Origin: Octopus sinensis
Taxonomy: Eukaryota
Reading direction: 5' to 3'
DNA: 64,000 bases
Assembly: GCF_006345805.1 (NCBI RefSeq)
Contig: NC_043001.1
Location: 10,354,001-10,418,000 of the forward strand
The notes under the pieces are model-generated. The model was not told the DNA's origin. It searched no databases and saw only the letters and a program-made list of their open reading frames with translations. The position numbers and the translations under genes are program-made. Within the stretch, counting starts at the first letter, position 1. The number at the start of each line of letters is the position of its first letter. Shown in pieces: positions 29,495 through 45,483 of this stretch.

Positions 29495-30097
29495 CTTGTG
29501 TATGTATGTACATGCAGTATGTGGAAACCATTTCAGGAACTTTACTTGCCTGTCTCCAAGGGGCAACTAAGAAGAGTTTGCATTGTACAGTTGTGAATGT
29601 GATACAGCTTAACAAGTAAAGGAAGGAAGTGTGGAGAATAGACAGAGAATGGGAAGAAAATAAAGCAATTATGATCCATTGGATGTGTTGTTGATCTGCA
29701 TGAAAAGTGAAGTACAAAAGCAAGCTGGAGGAATGGCTTGACATTAACAGCAACATCCAATTATTGCAGGGGAAATATCAATGCTGTCCCTCTATGTAAA
29801 TGTGATGACGGAAAAATCTGTCCATACTTGAATCTCATTGTAATGGCAATTTACATATGCATCCTTAATTCAAGAACATTATGTATAATCTAAGTAAAGG
29901 CCTTACCTTTCTAGTTGTGATCATACCTTTCTAGTAGCGATCTCAGTGAAATACAGGAAATATATAATGAGGCAGTGCATTAGTTTGTGATGACAAGTGA
30001 TATATAAAGAATGGCAAAAGCGTGTGTATTTAGCTATTAAAATATCTTATTTGTCTAATATGGCAAAACAAATACATGTAACGTGATCTTGATGAAG

Positions 30098-30327
30098 GCA
30101 GCGAGCTGGCAGAAACGTTGGCACGCCGGGCGAAATGCGTAGCCGTATTTCGTCTGCCGTCACATTCTGAGTTCAAATTCTGCCGAGGTCGACTTTGCCT
30201 TTCATCCTTTCGGGGTCGATAAACGAAGTACCAGTTACGCACTGGGGTCGATGTAATCGACTTAATCCGTTTGTCTGTCCTTGTTTGTCCTCTCTGTGTT
30301 TAGCCCCGTGTGGGTAGTAAAGAAACA
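30098..30327 (+). mobile_element. SINE F2 with 13-bp TSD
   Basis: TSD GATCTTGATGAAG at 30085-30097 and 30328-30340. Confidence 0.85.
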
Positions 30328-32606
30328 GATCTTGATGAAGCAAACATACAAATATATACAGTTTATTACAAAATCACATAGACACACACTTACGTCTGTG
30401 TATTTTGTAGACATTAATACAGGATCTTAAATTCTCTCTTTTCTTTCTCACACATATTTCAGTCTTTCTTCCCTTTTCCTTCCATTCCTTTGGTCTTTTA
30501 CACAATCTCACTGTTAGATTTTCCTCAAATAATTTCTGTTGATAACTCTTCACCGTTTCAAGTATACAGTGGCTGGCATCACATGTAATGGCAGCTCTGA
30601 TATTAGGCTTCTATATTTTGTATTATCAATGCTAGAATTTGAAGGTGATAAAGAAAAATTTCATTTGAATCTTATTATATTGAATCTATTTAAGCCTTTA
30701 GGTTGCTAAAGTCTGCTGTTATATGTAATATTTCAAATACTATAAGCTGCTTTAGATTTGAAAGGCATAGCATAAACAATTTATGTAAATTGCCATTTGA
30801 AATAAAGTAGTATTGATCCTGAAAGCTTTTGAACTCAACTTTCTCTCTCTCCATATTCAGGAAACACATAATTTCATGTGTGCTGTTGAAGAGATGAGGG
30901 TCGAACAGATACTTTACATCTCATGAGTTAGTAATACCAGGCCTAAAGTGTTCTGGCTCATTAGAAACCAACATATTAGATTTACATAACCAAACGTACA
31001 CCTAGTAATAACGACGATGGTACTGATTTAACCCTTTCATGACCGTGCTTCTAATGAAACGCATTGCTTGTTTATTTTAGTTAATATTTAAAAATATTCA
31101 AATATATGGATGGATTTATTAAAATAACTAACCTTTATGTTATTAAGTTGGTCTTTGGAACATACCGTAAATGATTATTAAATAAAATTATGATGGAAAG
31201 CTTTGATTTTAATATTAACACTTAAATTTGAACAAAAGTTTTCTAATGCAGAACCAGACACAGTCTCAGTGGGATTTTATTTAAAGGCTTATGCTTTTAA
31301 ATGGTAATACATATATTGGAATAATCCATTAATGTGTGAATACAATCTATATTTGAAACAACAGTTAAACTAAGATATCTTTGAATAATCAAAGACTAAT
31401 GTCATATATGGATTATTCCTATTAATTTGCACTCAGACAAAAAAGGATCACCTTTCAGCATACACTGGAATTGAGGCCTGGCAGTACATAGCAGCACACT
31501 ATTTATCTGTCTGGAAGCTTTCTGTAAAGGCGAGAGTAAAAAAAAAAAAAGCTGAGAATGATCAAAATCAGCTTTAGGCTCTAAAAAGGTAAAGGTGGAA
31601 AAGCATCAACTCTATACAATGGCTGTTTTCGTTTACGGCGACTGCAATAAGGACTGCCTCTCTCAACAGACTTACAAAGTAATTGTATGCAATGTGCCAG
31701 TATAATGAGGGTGTAGGAATAGAGGGAGAAAGGAAGACGGTAGAGGAGGGAAGGAAATTTTTCATTGTCTCCCAAAACAGACAGGTACTGACAACACTGG
31801 TGTAAGTGTTAAGTGTTTCTGATTATAGCAAAAAATCCATATTTCAGACACTTACAAGCAGTTCTTATTATTTTAGATTTTTTAGTTTAAGGAAACAAGT
31901 AGTCAGCTGAACATCATGTCCTGTTCAATATTTGAGACTTCTCCTGGGTCATTGACCTGAAGTTTATACTTGATTGTAGAAACATTTTTTACCTAGTTGT
32001 TTTATGTAAACATAACTGCTTATTGAAAAAAAGAAATGTTGTACTCACTTGAGAAATTGGAAAACTTTGAAAGTTGTTAAATCTTTCAATGGTTTAGTGT
32101 TCAGTATTCAAATTTCCTTGAATTGTGATTATCAGAACTAAATCAGTTCTGGTTGCTAACTCTCACATTATTATACTTGTATGTTGTTAGCATATGATAC
32201 AAAGTTTGAGTAAAATGAAACTTTGAACCAAGTTCATTAGACTTCCTCAAATATCTGTCTTATATGACATTTCTTGGCACAAGTGTATCCTTTATTACAA
32301 ACTTAGCATTCAAAAAGCTTGACATTTTACTTCCAGGTCAGAAAGTTGTAGCATCTGTATATCTTCTCACTACCTTGTAAATGATTATAGCTCTTCTATT
32401 GCTTGTCAAAGAAATCCATATAAAGATTTATATACAAGAAGAAATGGGGTTTTTTTTTACCTCTGTTTTCTTCAGTGAATATTATATGCCATATTGATGT
32501 GTGAAGAAAAAAAGTCATCATGTATTTCATTGTATCTTTTCCTCTCCTCCCCACCACACTATCTCTGTGGCACACAAATACATAAATACAAAGAATTTAA
32601 CCTTAC

Positions 32607-32638
<32 letters not shown>

Positions 32639-35297
32639 TTATGTTATTAAATATTTAAGGTATTGTAATAAATGGCAAATCCATATTTGTAACATTGTTA
32701 GAAGCAATAACTCTGATAGTAATCTTCATGCAAGAATGTATAAGTGATGTCAACATTTAACTAGTGTACAGATTGAATATATATTGAAAAAATATGTTTT
32801 CGAAATAAAAGTGGTAGGAAATGTAATTAGCCTGCCAATGCTTAGGAACTTCAATGTATAAGCTATTCATATATTTGTTTGTTGAATGCATTCAAGAAAA
32901 GACATTCATTTTGAATAAATGACTAATGTAAATTTGCATTGTACGGTAACATTTTAACCGAATCAAATTACTACAGAATTTATAAAATGTTACTTCTGCA
33001 TTTAAGTCGTATATATTATTTTTCCTAAAAACTAAGTAAATACTTTTACATCTCCATAGATAAATAAAATTGTTTTCTGGAGATAATTGAATGGTAAACT
33101 TGTTTGAATATCAACTTTATTTTCTCCCTTTAGCGAAATCATTGTCGGTAACTTATCACTCTGCGTATTTCTAGACAACCGTCTGGATAGTATAAAGTGT
33201 CATTTACGAAACTGCATTAAGAAATATATGTCATAAACATAGAACTTTTCTTAATACTATCTATCTTCTTAAAACAGATTCTAAAAGTATTAACTAAATT
33301 CTTATTGTGTGAATGTATTTGAAATTCCAATTAAAAACAAAAAACTTTGTGGAACTGTTTCAATGGCCAAATAAATTATTATTTTGCTTGAAGATCAACT
33401 GTAATGACCTAAATCCTTATAAGTTCCTTACAGGAATTCTAAATTAAAATGCTAATTGCTCTTTATATTTTGTAGGTTTTAATTTTTTGTTCTTTTTTCA
33501 GTTATTTTCCAGTCACTTTTCAATTTGGTGCTTAATACATAGATCTTTTATTTATTTATTTATATATTTATTTTTTGTGCCAGTGACACATAAAAGCACC
33601 CACTACACTCTCAGAGTGGTTGGCATTAGGAAGGGCATCCAGCTGTAGAAACCATGCCAGATCAAGATTGGAGCCTGGTGCAGCCATCTGGTTCACCAGT
33701 CCTCAGTCAAATTGTCCAACCCATGCCAGCATGGAAAGCGGACGTTAAACGGTGATGATGATGATTATGATGGCTCTAGACAGTCAACCTATTTTTGTCG
33801 TTCAGGTAAACTGGAGCATGTAGTGGTGCACAACACTTGAGAGCACAAAGGACTGGCCATAGTTACAGCAGCGCAGCTTCACGCTCACTGCACCTCTAAA
33901 AAAAAAAATCGAAAACTGTTTATGCTTATGATAGAAATAAGTCCATGACTTAAACTCGAATCAGTGAGGCTCAAACTGTATTAACTGGAATATTATCTAT
34001 AATTTAATACCATAAAATATTTCTATTAGTCATTGGTACAGCCTTTGTGTCTTACTAGCTTATATCCATAAAGAAATTGGTAAGAAAGAAGTCAATGTAT
34101 TCACATTATCTAAATTCTGTCTTTCCTTTTTCTGTACATTTAAATATGTACATGCATTCGGTTTTGGATCATTAAACAGTATAAAATGAAAGCAAGAACA
34201 ATTAAATTACACAAGATAATGTAGTAATAAAATCAATAATGTACATAAAACAGTAAAGCTTTCGTAAGGCTCAGTGGTTTGTGAAGCTAATCTTATTTCT
34301 CATATGTCTGTAAATATTAATTGCAGGAATATCTCCTTCCTTAACATAATGCTTTCTCTGGCTGAGCTAGCTAAACTGAGAAGAATTATGTTTTATCCTT
34401 CAGAATGCTTTACAATTCAGCAAAACAAACTTATTACTTGTGTCAAGAATGTCATAGCAACTTATTTTTGTTCATAAACTATTCAACTATGTTACTTATC
34501 TAAAGAAGGAAAATTAGTCGATGCAAGAATAATCTGTTACACATGATTACTATGGTGTGAAAGTTGAGAATAATTTACTGTGAAAGTGTTTGTAGGCAGA
34601 TACATTCAATGGTTGATTGGACAAGGTGCATGGCTCAGAATTTTCCAAATACTTTAAACTACTGTAAAAGCATTAAAGTTTATCCTTGTAAAATATTTTT
34701 GTCTATATCTTTCTCAAATTCAGCTGAAAGCCAATGCAGTTCCAAAGAGACTGAAGAAATTTTATTCTTCTTAAAGCTATAGAATTGTAAGCCTTACCTC
34801 TGACTTGTCATAGACTTATCATCAAAAACATATTCATTCCGTTTTTGTAGGTCTTTTAGAAACAATTCCATTTTGTAGGCCTTTATGAAAAAATATGAGA
34901 GACTCTTCAATGAGAGATATTAGTCAACACAGCTTGGTAGTAATTTAAAAGGTACTGTTCAAGGTCATTTTATCTGAAAAACATTCTTTTTCAATTTAAG
35001 AATTTTATTTCTTTTCACCAGAATTTTTCTGATGTAGCAGGAAAAGATTTTTATATCTATTTTTCTGGGTTTCCAAGAAAAGTTATCTTTATTGTTATCG
35101 TGACTCCATTGAAACCTTTTAAAATTGTCATTCAAATGCTTTAAACTACTTGAATAATGTTACATGACCATAATTATATGTAAAATATTTTACTGAATAC
35201 ATACAGTGGAGTCTCACTGGCTCTGAGTAAATTGCATTCCATTGAAATCTCACCATCAGTTCAGTTATTTTATTGAATTTTGGAATCTTCTTCCAAA

Positions 35298-36271
35298 TAT
35301 GATGTCAAAAAATTCCAGGACTAGTTCTGTAGTGCTCCAACAGATGGCAGCACATGGTTGCATATGCAGTGAGAGGTAGCTGTAACCTTCATGAAGCAGA
35401 GGGCCAAATGATATTGCTGTGTTTACTTTGCAAATTGTGAAATTTGTGTTTTTATGATCACGTGTGCTGTAGTCTGAGTTTTGTCAAGGACAGAAAGTTG
35501 GGACAAAGAGGCAACGTCATGAGATTTTGTCTTAAACTTGGGACGTCTGCTACAGAGACAATGGGTTATACACAGTGTTTTGAGTAGCACAGGTTCTTTA
35601 AAAGTGGAAAAACGGATCTGGAATACCTGCTACGGGTGTCATTCTTGGAAATGTGGAGAAAATTTATCAGCTTGGAGGATAATCAATGATGCTTTGAAGC
35701 ATTTGTGGGAGGACATTTAGTGAAAGCAACCAAATCTGTAGAGCGCAAAGAATTGGATTCTTCACGAAGACAATGCACCGCCACCAAGCCCTCCCCACTC
35801 TTAACTTTCTTGTCAAAAATAGGGTATCGCTTTTGCACCTATCTTTATTCACCAGATTTAGCATCTGCAAACTTCCATCTCTTTCACAAGATGGAAATGT
35901 AGCTCAAAGGTCACAATTTAAACACTGTTGTTAAGTTCAAGAGCAAATCGCTGAAGGTCTTTGACTTGCTTACAGAAAACCGCTTCTAGGCTGGATTTCA
36001 AAAGTGGCAGGAATGCTGGGACTAGTGTATTTGCTGTGCAAGGCGACCACACAGTGGTCGACCAAGGTGCCACACAGTGGGACTGAACCCAGAACCATGT
36101 GGTTGGTAAGCAAGTTACTTACCACACAGCCACTCCTGCACCTATACCACACAGCCACTCTCGCACTTATAATTGATAATTATTTTGAAGGAGATGATGT
36201 TAAAAATTGAGTAAATATATTATATTTTATTAAACCTAGCTTGTCTGTGAACTTTTTGATACCACCTCATA
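35298..36271 (+). mobile_element. Decayed mariner (Tc1/mariner) element with an inserted SINE fragment
   Basis: Remnants of RFCLKLG.SATET, YSPDLASANFHLFHKM and QKWQECWD..(SINE fragment ~36050-36160)..YFEGD. Diverged TIRs: tatgatgtcaaaaaattccaggac on the left, and tatgaggtggtatcaaaaagttcacagac as the reverse complement of the right end. Confidence 0.7.
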
Positions 36272-37012
36272 TATACATTTCAGGTTGTTTCATTCATTGA
36301 AGTATGGAATTGCTGATATCTTGTCAGTTGGCAACTAAAAAATCATCTTACCTGTGTCCTATTTCTAAACTTTATTTTTTTTTCCCCACATATCGGAATG
36401 AAATGTTAAGAGATTGAAGAGAGTCTAGCTGATGAGGGTACTAGATAATGATTTAAATGTTCTAATATTATCCTGAACCTACGATCATAACATCTAATAT
36501 TCCTCAGTCCAGTGTAGTTTACTGCAAGTCGTAACCCAAGTTGTGGCTATAAGCAACATCATTGTAAAATTTATGTCATTTAATTAAAGTCAACGACACC
36601 TTTGTGATAAATTGATTTCCCTCTCATCTGCTTAGCACTACAAATCTCAAATTAGGCACAGTTTCTATGTTTCATTTAAGCTTTTGGCACATATAATATG
36701 AAATTTAGCATTTACGATAAAAGAAATGTATGAATTGCAATTGGGTAATAGATTTTGTTTTACATACAACTCTAGGATATAACAAGAATTAAACTTTGCT
36801 TTGCATGTGGTATTCTTTTTGAAATATAATCATATATGAAGAGTTTATTCATGATTCTGAAGACAACATTTGCCAAATTATGTGATTTCTTTGACTTGGG
36901 TACTAATTCCTTCTGGAGGGTCTAATATCAATATTGCCTTATCTTGAAAGAGATTTCTTCTCATTTGCTTAGTGTTGTTCAAATACAAGGTGGGAAAATA
37001 AAGATTGTGTAA

Positions 37013-37357
37013 AATCATCATCATCATCGTTTAACGTCTGCTTTCCATGCTAGCATGGGTTGGCCGATTTTGCCTGAGGGCTGGCGAACCAGATGGCTGC
37101 ACCAGGCTCCAATCTTGATCTGGCAGAGTTTCTACAGCCGGATGCCCTTCCTAACGCCAACCACTCTGAGAGTGTAGTGGGTGCTTTTATGTGCCACCAG
37201 CACGGGGCCAGTCAAACGGTACTGGCAACGACCTCGCTCGAATCTTTAACACATGTCACTGGCACAGGTGCCAGTAAGGCGATGCTGGTAACAATCACGC
37301 TCGAATGGTGTCTTTTACGTCCACCGGCACGGAGGCCAGATAGTCGCTCTGGCAACG
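37013..37357 (-). mobile_element. Repeat family F3
   Basis: (CAT)n-cgtttaacgtc...ggatgcccttcctaacgccaacc in reverse orientation. Confidence 0.7.
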
Positions 37358-38684
37358 TTCAAGAATAAATAAATAAAACTAAAGAAGCAAAAGACACTAC
37401 AGTCGGTCCTTTTGAGTGTTAGTTGGTAGTAAGATAGCTTACCAGAATTTGTCAAGCTAATGTCCATTTGACTGATATTTCAATATCATTTCTATCTTAA
37501 CTTCAAGTACTTGATTTTAATAATTGTCTCATGTCAAATTACTCTAATTGATATTGGCAAATAATATTTTAGCTTATTAAATCACATTTTCTTCCATCCT
37601 TCAGAAGCATTTATCTGACTTTATAATGCAGTTTTTGTTTGTTTTGTTTTGTTTTTTTGTTTGTTTTTTTTTGTCCATTTTTGCATTATTTACATGAAAC
37701 TTTACACATCAATGCTATTAACTTTAGTAAAGTATAATGGCAGGTGCCAATATGATAAAGTAAGGTTTCTTTGTATTAGTGCTTTCTGATTTCTTTGGTG
37801 TTCTACAGCCGGGAAAGATTTGTCGAGGCTGTAAATTGACAGCTAAATAGCTAAAATGATTTGCTTTTTTTTCCTGTGCTGGTTGTCATTGTCTGATTTA
37901 GCCTACTTCATTGAACATAGAACAGTCTGTTTAAGAACTACTTTTCATACCAATATTGTCTTCAGCATCATTTGTTCTTGAAATATTGCCGCTGTTGCTT
38001 AACCCAAAAGAGGTTGACTGCACCAGACTTGTTTAAAAAAAAAAAAAAAAAAATCCATCTGAATGGATGTTTTAAAATAATCACATATTTCAAAAATCAA
38101 TTGAACTTGGCATGGCCTCAACATTAGTTGTCTGATAGGAACTGGTATTAATCATGCCAATAGGTACAGATAATCTTCCTATCAACTGCCAATTATATAG
38201 AAATATTGCATGCCCAGCATTCTGCCCCGCCCCACCAATTATTTTACATTACTGTCTGTCATAATATTAAATTTAAAATTACATTGTTCATTTATGGAAA
38301 ATAAATTCATCTTTATTCAGATGTGACAGTATAGTAGGCTAATCATCATTAATAAGCATTTTACCTTGTTGCTATGGTTTCTTCATATTTTTCTTGATAT
38401 TGTCTGATCATTTGCCATTTCATACTTCATTGCTTCCTTTACAACATTAACAACATTCCTCCAAATTTTCTTTGGTTCGTTGCAATTTTGTTTAGCAGTA
38501 ATCAACAGTCCATGATGCTAGTTCACTCTCTGTAATCACTTGAATCGATATGGGAAATTATGATGATAGTTGTAGAACATTGCACCCATGAAGTTTCTAT
38601 CTCAGGACAGAGTGTATTAATTAGGGGTAGTGAAACAGCATAATTTCTTCACTCATCTTTCCTAAACTGGAAAAAATGAATATA

Positions 38685-39105
38685 TATTTCTTTACTACCC
38701 ACAAGGGGCTAAACACAGAGGGGACAAACAAGGACAGACAAACGGATTAAGTCGATTATATTGACCCCAGTGTGTAACTGGTACTTATTTAATCGACCCC
38801 GAAAGGATGAAAGGCAAAGTCAACCTTGGTGGAATTTGAACTCAGAACATAACGGCAGAGGAAATACCTATTTCTTTACTACCCACAAGGGGCTAAACAC
38901 AGAGGGGACAAACAAGGACAGGCAAATGGATTCAGTCGATTATATCGACCCCAGTAGGTAACTGGTACTCATTTAATCGACCCCGAAAGAATGAAAGGCA
39001 AAGTCGACCTTGGCGGAATTTGAACTCAGAACATAACAGCTGATGAGATACCGCAAAGCATTTCACCCGGCGTGCTAACGATTCTGCCAGCTCACCGCCT
39101 TAATA
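38685..39105 (-). mobile_element. SINE F2 dimer with 16-bp TSD
   Basis: TSD GGAAAAAATGAATATA at 38669-38684 and 39106-39121. Confidence 0.8.
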
Positions 39106-39149
39106 GGAAAAAATGAATATAAAAGGATGTTGATGTGGATTTTACTTTT

Positions 39150-39540
39150 CTACTCTTTTACTTGTTTCAGTCATTTGACTGCGGCTATGCTGGAGCACCT
39201 GCTGTAGTCGACCAAATTGACCCTAGGACTTATTCTTTGTAAGCCTAGTACTTATTCTATCGATCTCTTTTACCGAACTGCTAAGTTACAGGGACATAAA
39301 CACACCATCATCGGTTGTCAAGTGATGTTGGGGGGACAAACACACACACACATACATATATACATGTACATATATCCGACGGGCTTCTTTCAGTTTCCGT
39401 CTACCAAATCCACTCACAAGGCTTTGGTCAGCCCATGGCAATAATAGAAGACACTTGCCCAAGGTGCCATGCAGTGGGACTGAACCTGGAACCATGTGGC
39501 TGGTAAGCAAGCTACTTACCACACAGCCACTCCTGCGCCC
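39150..39540 (-). mobile_element. SINE F1
   Basis: Full-length homologue. Confidence 0.8.
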
Positions 39541-41119
39541 GTAATTGATAATTTATTAAATACTATATTCAAATATAAGATCTATAACTGAAGAAAGTTC
39601 TGTTTTTATGTATAGATGATTGCTTCTGTTTGTAGAATATACTATAACAAGTTTACTCTTTAAGACATTTTATGAGAGGGAATTCTCAAATACAAAGAAT
39701 CTCATACAACTTATTATATTTTGTAAAATGATGTAACACAAGTTAGAGTTGGTTGTCTTGTAGTTAAGTGGCTCTGGTCAGCACTGCTTCAACAGTGCTA
39801 TAGCATAGCATCCACTGATCAAATATTTGGCCACGTTCCATATGTTACTTCAGAAAGAAGTGTGTGAAATACAATCTGCTTAGGTGGGAAATTTTACATT
39901 CTTGTGGTGTGTAAGAGATGTGGTTTTGAAACAAATACTGTTAGCCGACACAGGAACTCGTTCCAGTGTATATATGAATTTTACAAAACTGAAATATTCA
40001 TTCTTTCATAATACTTAACTCATTCTTGCACACATACCTTTGTTTAGAAACTCTCAGAAAATTTGATTAGCACTACTTTGTAATTCACTTGCAAAACCAG
40101 AAAGGTTAAAGTTTCTTCTAAACACTAAGCTTTATACCTTTAAGGTGTACCTGTCTATATTCTAGAATGTGTTTTTCTCTCTTGTAATTCCACTATACAT
40201 AAGTGGTTGTCGCTAATATCCATGTAGTTTTATGAATAGGAAAAATCGAAGCATTTCAGTTTGGTCTTCTTTATATGTCAAGACATTTATTTTGGGAGAA
40301 CACTTAAAATTATTTTAAAAAATGACTTCTATATTATTCTCCTTCTAAATATAATTACCAAAATAGACGTTTTCCTAAAGATTGGTGTAAATCCAGACAG
40401 AGTTAAATATGCAACTGTGTTCCCATAAATATCTAAAATATTTATGTTGGAAAAGCTTGCAAAGAAATAATTTTATATATAATAAGAAACTTGAATTATA
40501 TAACTTAAACATTAATCACACATATTTACATATAGACAAAAGAAGTCACAGAAATATACCTGTATATCTTGTGGTTCTTTAACTTCTGACTAGAATACAG
40601 CACATTTTTTACCATTGTTTTGAGATTATAAACATTCTTATTATTAAATATTAGATTCAAAAACTTCAGACCTAAATAGATTTCCACATCAATATTTTTT
40701 TTCTTTATATGAATGCATAAACACTAATTTTCTATATTCGTATTAATTTTTGTCATATGATCTCTCTGCTGTTATTAACCATCCTGTTTGTTTTCTGTTA
40801 GGTAGGTGAGGCAGTAAATGCTTGAGTTGTTAGTCCACTTTTTATTATTTTCTTAATTACAAATTAAAATGCTTTTTTTTTTTAGTGCACTTCTTTCCAT
40901 CAACACACACATAAAGAAAGTTTGCATCTAAATACATGTGTTAAATGCTTATTTTGCAATCATCATTTGGGTTATAGTTTATTAGTATAAGGATTTTATT
41001 TATAAAATCAAAATTGTTGTAAACATTAGTGAGGGGAATGACCTTTTTTTATGGGTAATCAAGTATTGTGAACAGTGTCTGAGTATAATAATTCATCATC
41101 ATCAGCATCATCTCTACCA

Positions 41120-41781
<662 letters not shown>

Positions 41782-42232
41782 ATCCGGATACTGTTGTTAC
41801 ATAAATCTCAATTCCAATTATTAATATCATTATATATATATATATATATACATATATACACGCCACCAACGCTGCTTTCTTTCTGTGATGATAAAGAGCT
41901 TGGCTGAAATAGAAATTCAGTTTTTGTGTTTATCTTTCAACAAAATTTTTATGACTTTCGACTGCACCCATCATTTTCTGTGTGTAAAGTGCTATTTAAT
42001 CAACTCATAACCTGTCTCTTGTAAATTCAATAGTTCTTTGGCAAGAATCAAAGTGATTCTTGTTTTTTTATTCCAAAATAGATGGTTTACCATATACAAA
42101 GAAACGAAATAGACATTTTGTCACCTAGATATAAAAGGTGATGGTAAAATGTAAGCATGGCATTTGGACAACAGTGTATACAGCTAAGAAACAATCATCA
42201 TGCTTCCTATCTAACTCAGAGGCAAAAGCTAT

Positions 42233-42640
42233 ACTCTTTTACTTGTTTCAGTCATTTGACTACGGCCATGCTGGAGCACCACCTTTAATCGAGCAACTCG
42301 ACCCCAGGACTTATTCTTTTGTAGGCCCAGTACTTATTCTATCGGTCTCTTTTGCCGAACCGCTAAGTGACGGGGACGTAAACACACCAGCATCGGTTGT
42401 CAAGCAATGCTAGGGGGACAAACACAGACACACGAACATATACACACACACTTATATATTTATATACATATATGTGACAGGCTTCTTTCAGTTTCCGTCT
42501 ACCAAATCCACTCACAAGGCATTGGTCGGCCCGAGGCTATAGCAGAAGACACTTGCCCAAGGTGCCACGCAGTGGGACTGAAACCCGGAACCATGTGGTT
42601 GGTAAGCAAGCTACTTACCACGCAGCCACTCCTGTGCCTT
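42233..42640 (-). mobile_element. SINE F1
   Basis: Full-length homologue. Confidence 0.8.
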
Positions 42641-42894
42641 AGGACAGGACAGTCTTTTTACTCTTTTTTATAGAGTAGAAGCTTGGGCAGTGTGTTGGAG
42701 TCAGGTGGAGAAACAAGAACTTCACACTTTCATAATGAAACACCCACACATAAGCTCATAGAGGCATGGCTCCTAACAGTGGGACATTAAAGCAAGTAGG
42801 ATTGCCAAATGAAGAAGACTTCATTGTGAGGTAAATGCTACACTGAACAGGACATGTTACTCAAATGTCATCTGAAGAGTTTTTTTTTTTTTTG

Positions 42895-43293
42895 ATAGAA
42901 GCAGGAGTGGCTGTGTGGTAAGTAGCTCGCTAACCAACCACATGGTTCCGGGTTCAGTCCCACTGCATGGCATCTTGGGCAAGTGTCTTCTGCTATAGCC
43001 CCGGGCCGACCAATCCCTTGTGAGTGGATTTGGTAGACGGAAACTGAAAGAAGCCTGTCGTATATATGTATATATATGTATATATATGTGTGTGTGTTTG
43101 TCCCCCTAGCATTGCTTGACAACCGATGCTAGTATGTTTACGTCCCCGTCACTTAGCGGTTCGGCAAAAGAGACCGATAGAATAAGTACTGGGCTTACAA
43201 AGAAAAAGTCCCGGGGTCGATTTGCTCAACTAAAAGGCGGTGCTCCAGCATGGCCGCAGTCAAATGACTGAAACAAGTAAAAGAGAAAAGAGA
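42895..43293 (+). mobile_element. SINE F1 (inverted relative to 42233-42640)
   Basis: Head gcaggagtggctgtgtggtaag at 42901, tail gactgaaacaagtaaaagag. Confidence 0.8.
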
Positions 43294-43786
43294 GTACATC
43301 ACCCACTACACTCACGGAGTGGTTGGCGTTAGGAAGGGCATCCAGCTGTAGAAACACTGCCATTTCAGAGTGGAGCCTGGTGCAGCCTCCTGGCTTCCCA
43401 GACCCCGGTCGAACCATCCAACCCATGCTAGCATGGAAAACGATGATGATGATGATGATGATGAGACTAAGGCTTGTCACAAATGCAGACAATAAGAAAA
43501 GATGTCAAAGCTATGGTTGAGAAGTTGAGGCCCTGGGATTGGCTACAAAGTGATGATGGAAAGTTGGGTGAGTTAAGGTCAGTAGCTGGTTGATCTAGCA
43601 AGTGGAGGTATATTACAAACAGTGGGAGTTCATTGTGCAATAAACTTATTTGAGAAAAGGCTTTGAAACTGTGCATTCTCTGTTTATGACCCAAGAAGTC
43701 TGGTATGTTGAGGTTCTAAGTAGCACCACTTACATGTTTAGGTTTTAAAAATATACAAATTGAAGTGAGTAATTATATATATTTCT

Positions 43787-44160
43787 TTACTACCCACAAG
43801 GGGCTAAACACAGAGGGGACAAACAAGGACAGACAAAGGGATTAAATCGATCACATCGACCCCAGTGCGTAACTGGTACTTAATTTATCGACCTCGGTGG
43901 AATTTGAACTTGGAACGTAACGGCAGACGAAATACCTATTTCTTTACTACCGACAAGGGTCTAAACATAGAGGGGACAAACAAGGACAGACAAACGGATT
44001 AAATCGATCACATCGACCCCAGTGCGTAACTGGTACTTAATTTATCGACCCCGAAAGGATGAAAGGCAAAGTCGACCTCAGCGGAATTTGAACTCAGAAC
44101 ACTTAACGGCAGACGAAATACGGCTACACATTTCGCCCGGCGTGCTAACGTTTCTGTCAA
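43787..44160 (-). mobile_element. SINE F2 dimer
   Basis: Two tandem units joined at aaatacc|tatttctttac (~43936). The left unit has an internal deletion. Confidence 0.75.
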
Positions 44161-45483
44161 CCCCATTGTTCTGTGTGTCCTCAAATACAGGCAAAATTCC
44201 TATTTTGTGATTAAAGATTTTTAATTTAAAAAAATAATTATTCTTAAGATACATTTCCAATATATTCTGCTGTTAATATTTGCTTATTTTTAATAATTTT
44301 AAAGTTTATATAGATACCATTTGATAAGTAACTTATTGGAACTAGATTTTCAAAGATTTTGAAGTGTTAACGTAATATAATAAGCAATTCAAGTACACAA
44401 CCTTTACATACGAACATTTTAAAGCTGTTTTTCTTTTTATATGTTATTATGTCATTGAAAATTATCACTGTAATTTACTGCACTATACAACTGAATTAGA
44501 GAGGAAAGTAGGCTTTAATATAATTAACTGACATTGTAGTACAATATTTGTTTAATAGTTGATTATAATAGAAGAATTTCTATTATAGCAACAAAATCTG
44601 TTTTGATTTTCAGTTTTAAAGATAATACTAGGATATAGATGAGGTCTTCAAATATGATAAAACATTGTTATTCCTAATGGGAACTACTAAAGATTTATTG
44701 TTGCCTTGGAGTCTTGAAATAAAAGCATTATAGATTCTGATAATATTTGCCTTCAATTCTCTGCAAACTCAAATTTATTGTCAAGTGTCTATTAGACTTT
44801 TGTTTTTCTTTATCCCTTGATGCCATCACAAAGAAGTTTAGGATTTCATACTTTAAAAAGATTTTATGTTACTGACCTGCTTCTCATTGCAAAATAATGT
44901 AGGATCTCCTTCAAAAGTACCCCATCTCCACTGATCCAGGTTCACTACCATACCACCATGCATGTCAGGTCCAATGCCACTCTCACCACTTGAAATCAAT
45001 AAGGTACTATTAACTACATTGTGCTCCTTACTCCTATCTTCACCAAACACACACACACTCTCTCCTCCTCTTTCTCTATACACACACACACACATATACA
45101 CATGTGCATGCACATACACACATATATCACATCCCTGAGCAATTTAGTGGCAGTAATTTTGTTGGTCTGGCAAACGCTACTTTTGTCAAGAAAATATGAA
45201 ATAGCTGTTCTCATTTGTACCCCTAACTTCTCAACGTGATGATTAAAAGATTTGCAAAATAGTACCCTTTGCTTTAACAGACTATATACATGTGCGCATG
45301 CACACACATTCACCCCCACACACATCTACTTAGTTAAAATTTGTGGTAACTTTCTACATGACCAAAAGACAGCAATAATATAGTTACCATCATACCATTG
45401 TCATTCCTAGAAGCATCTACAAAAATCCCTTTCTCTCCTATCTTTCTTGAGCAAATAAACATCCATACACAATTTCTGAATCA

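Noticed and set aside
33121-33215. Small CpG-retaining patch after an acceptor-like tract; possible 5' UTR exon or promoter
   Set aside because: There is no signal-peptide ORF or clear donor, and it cannot be supported without transcript data.
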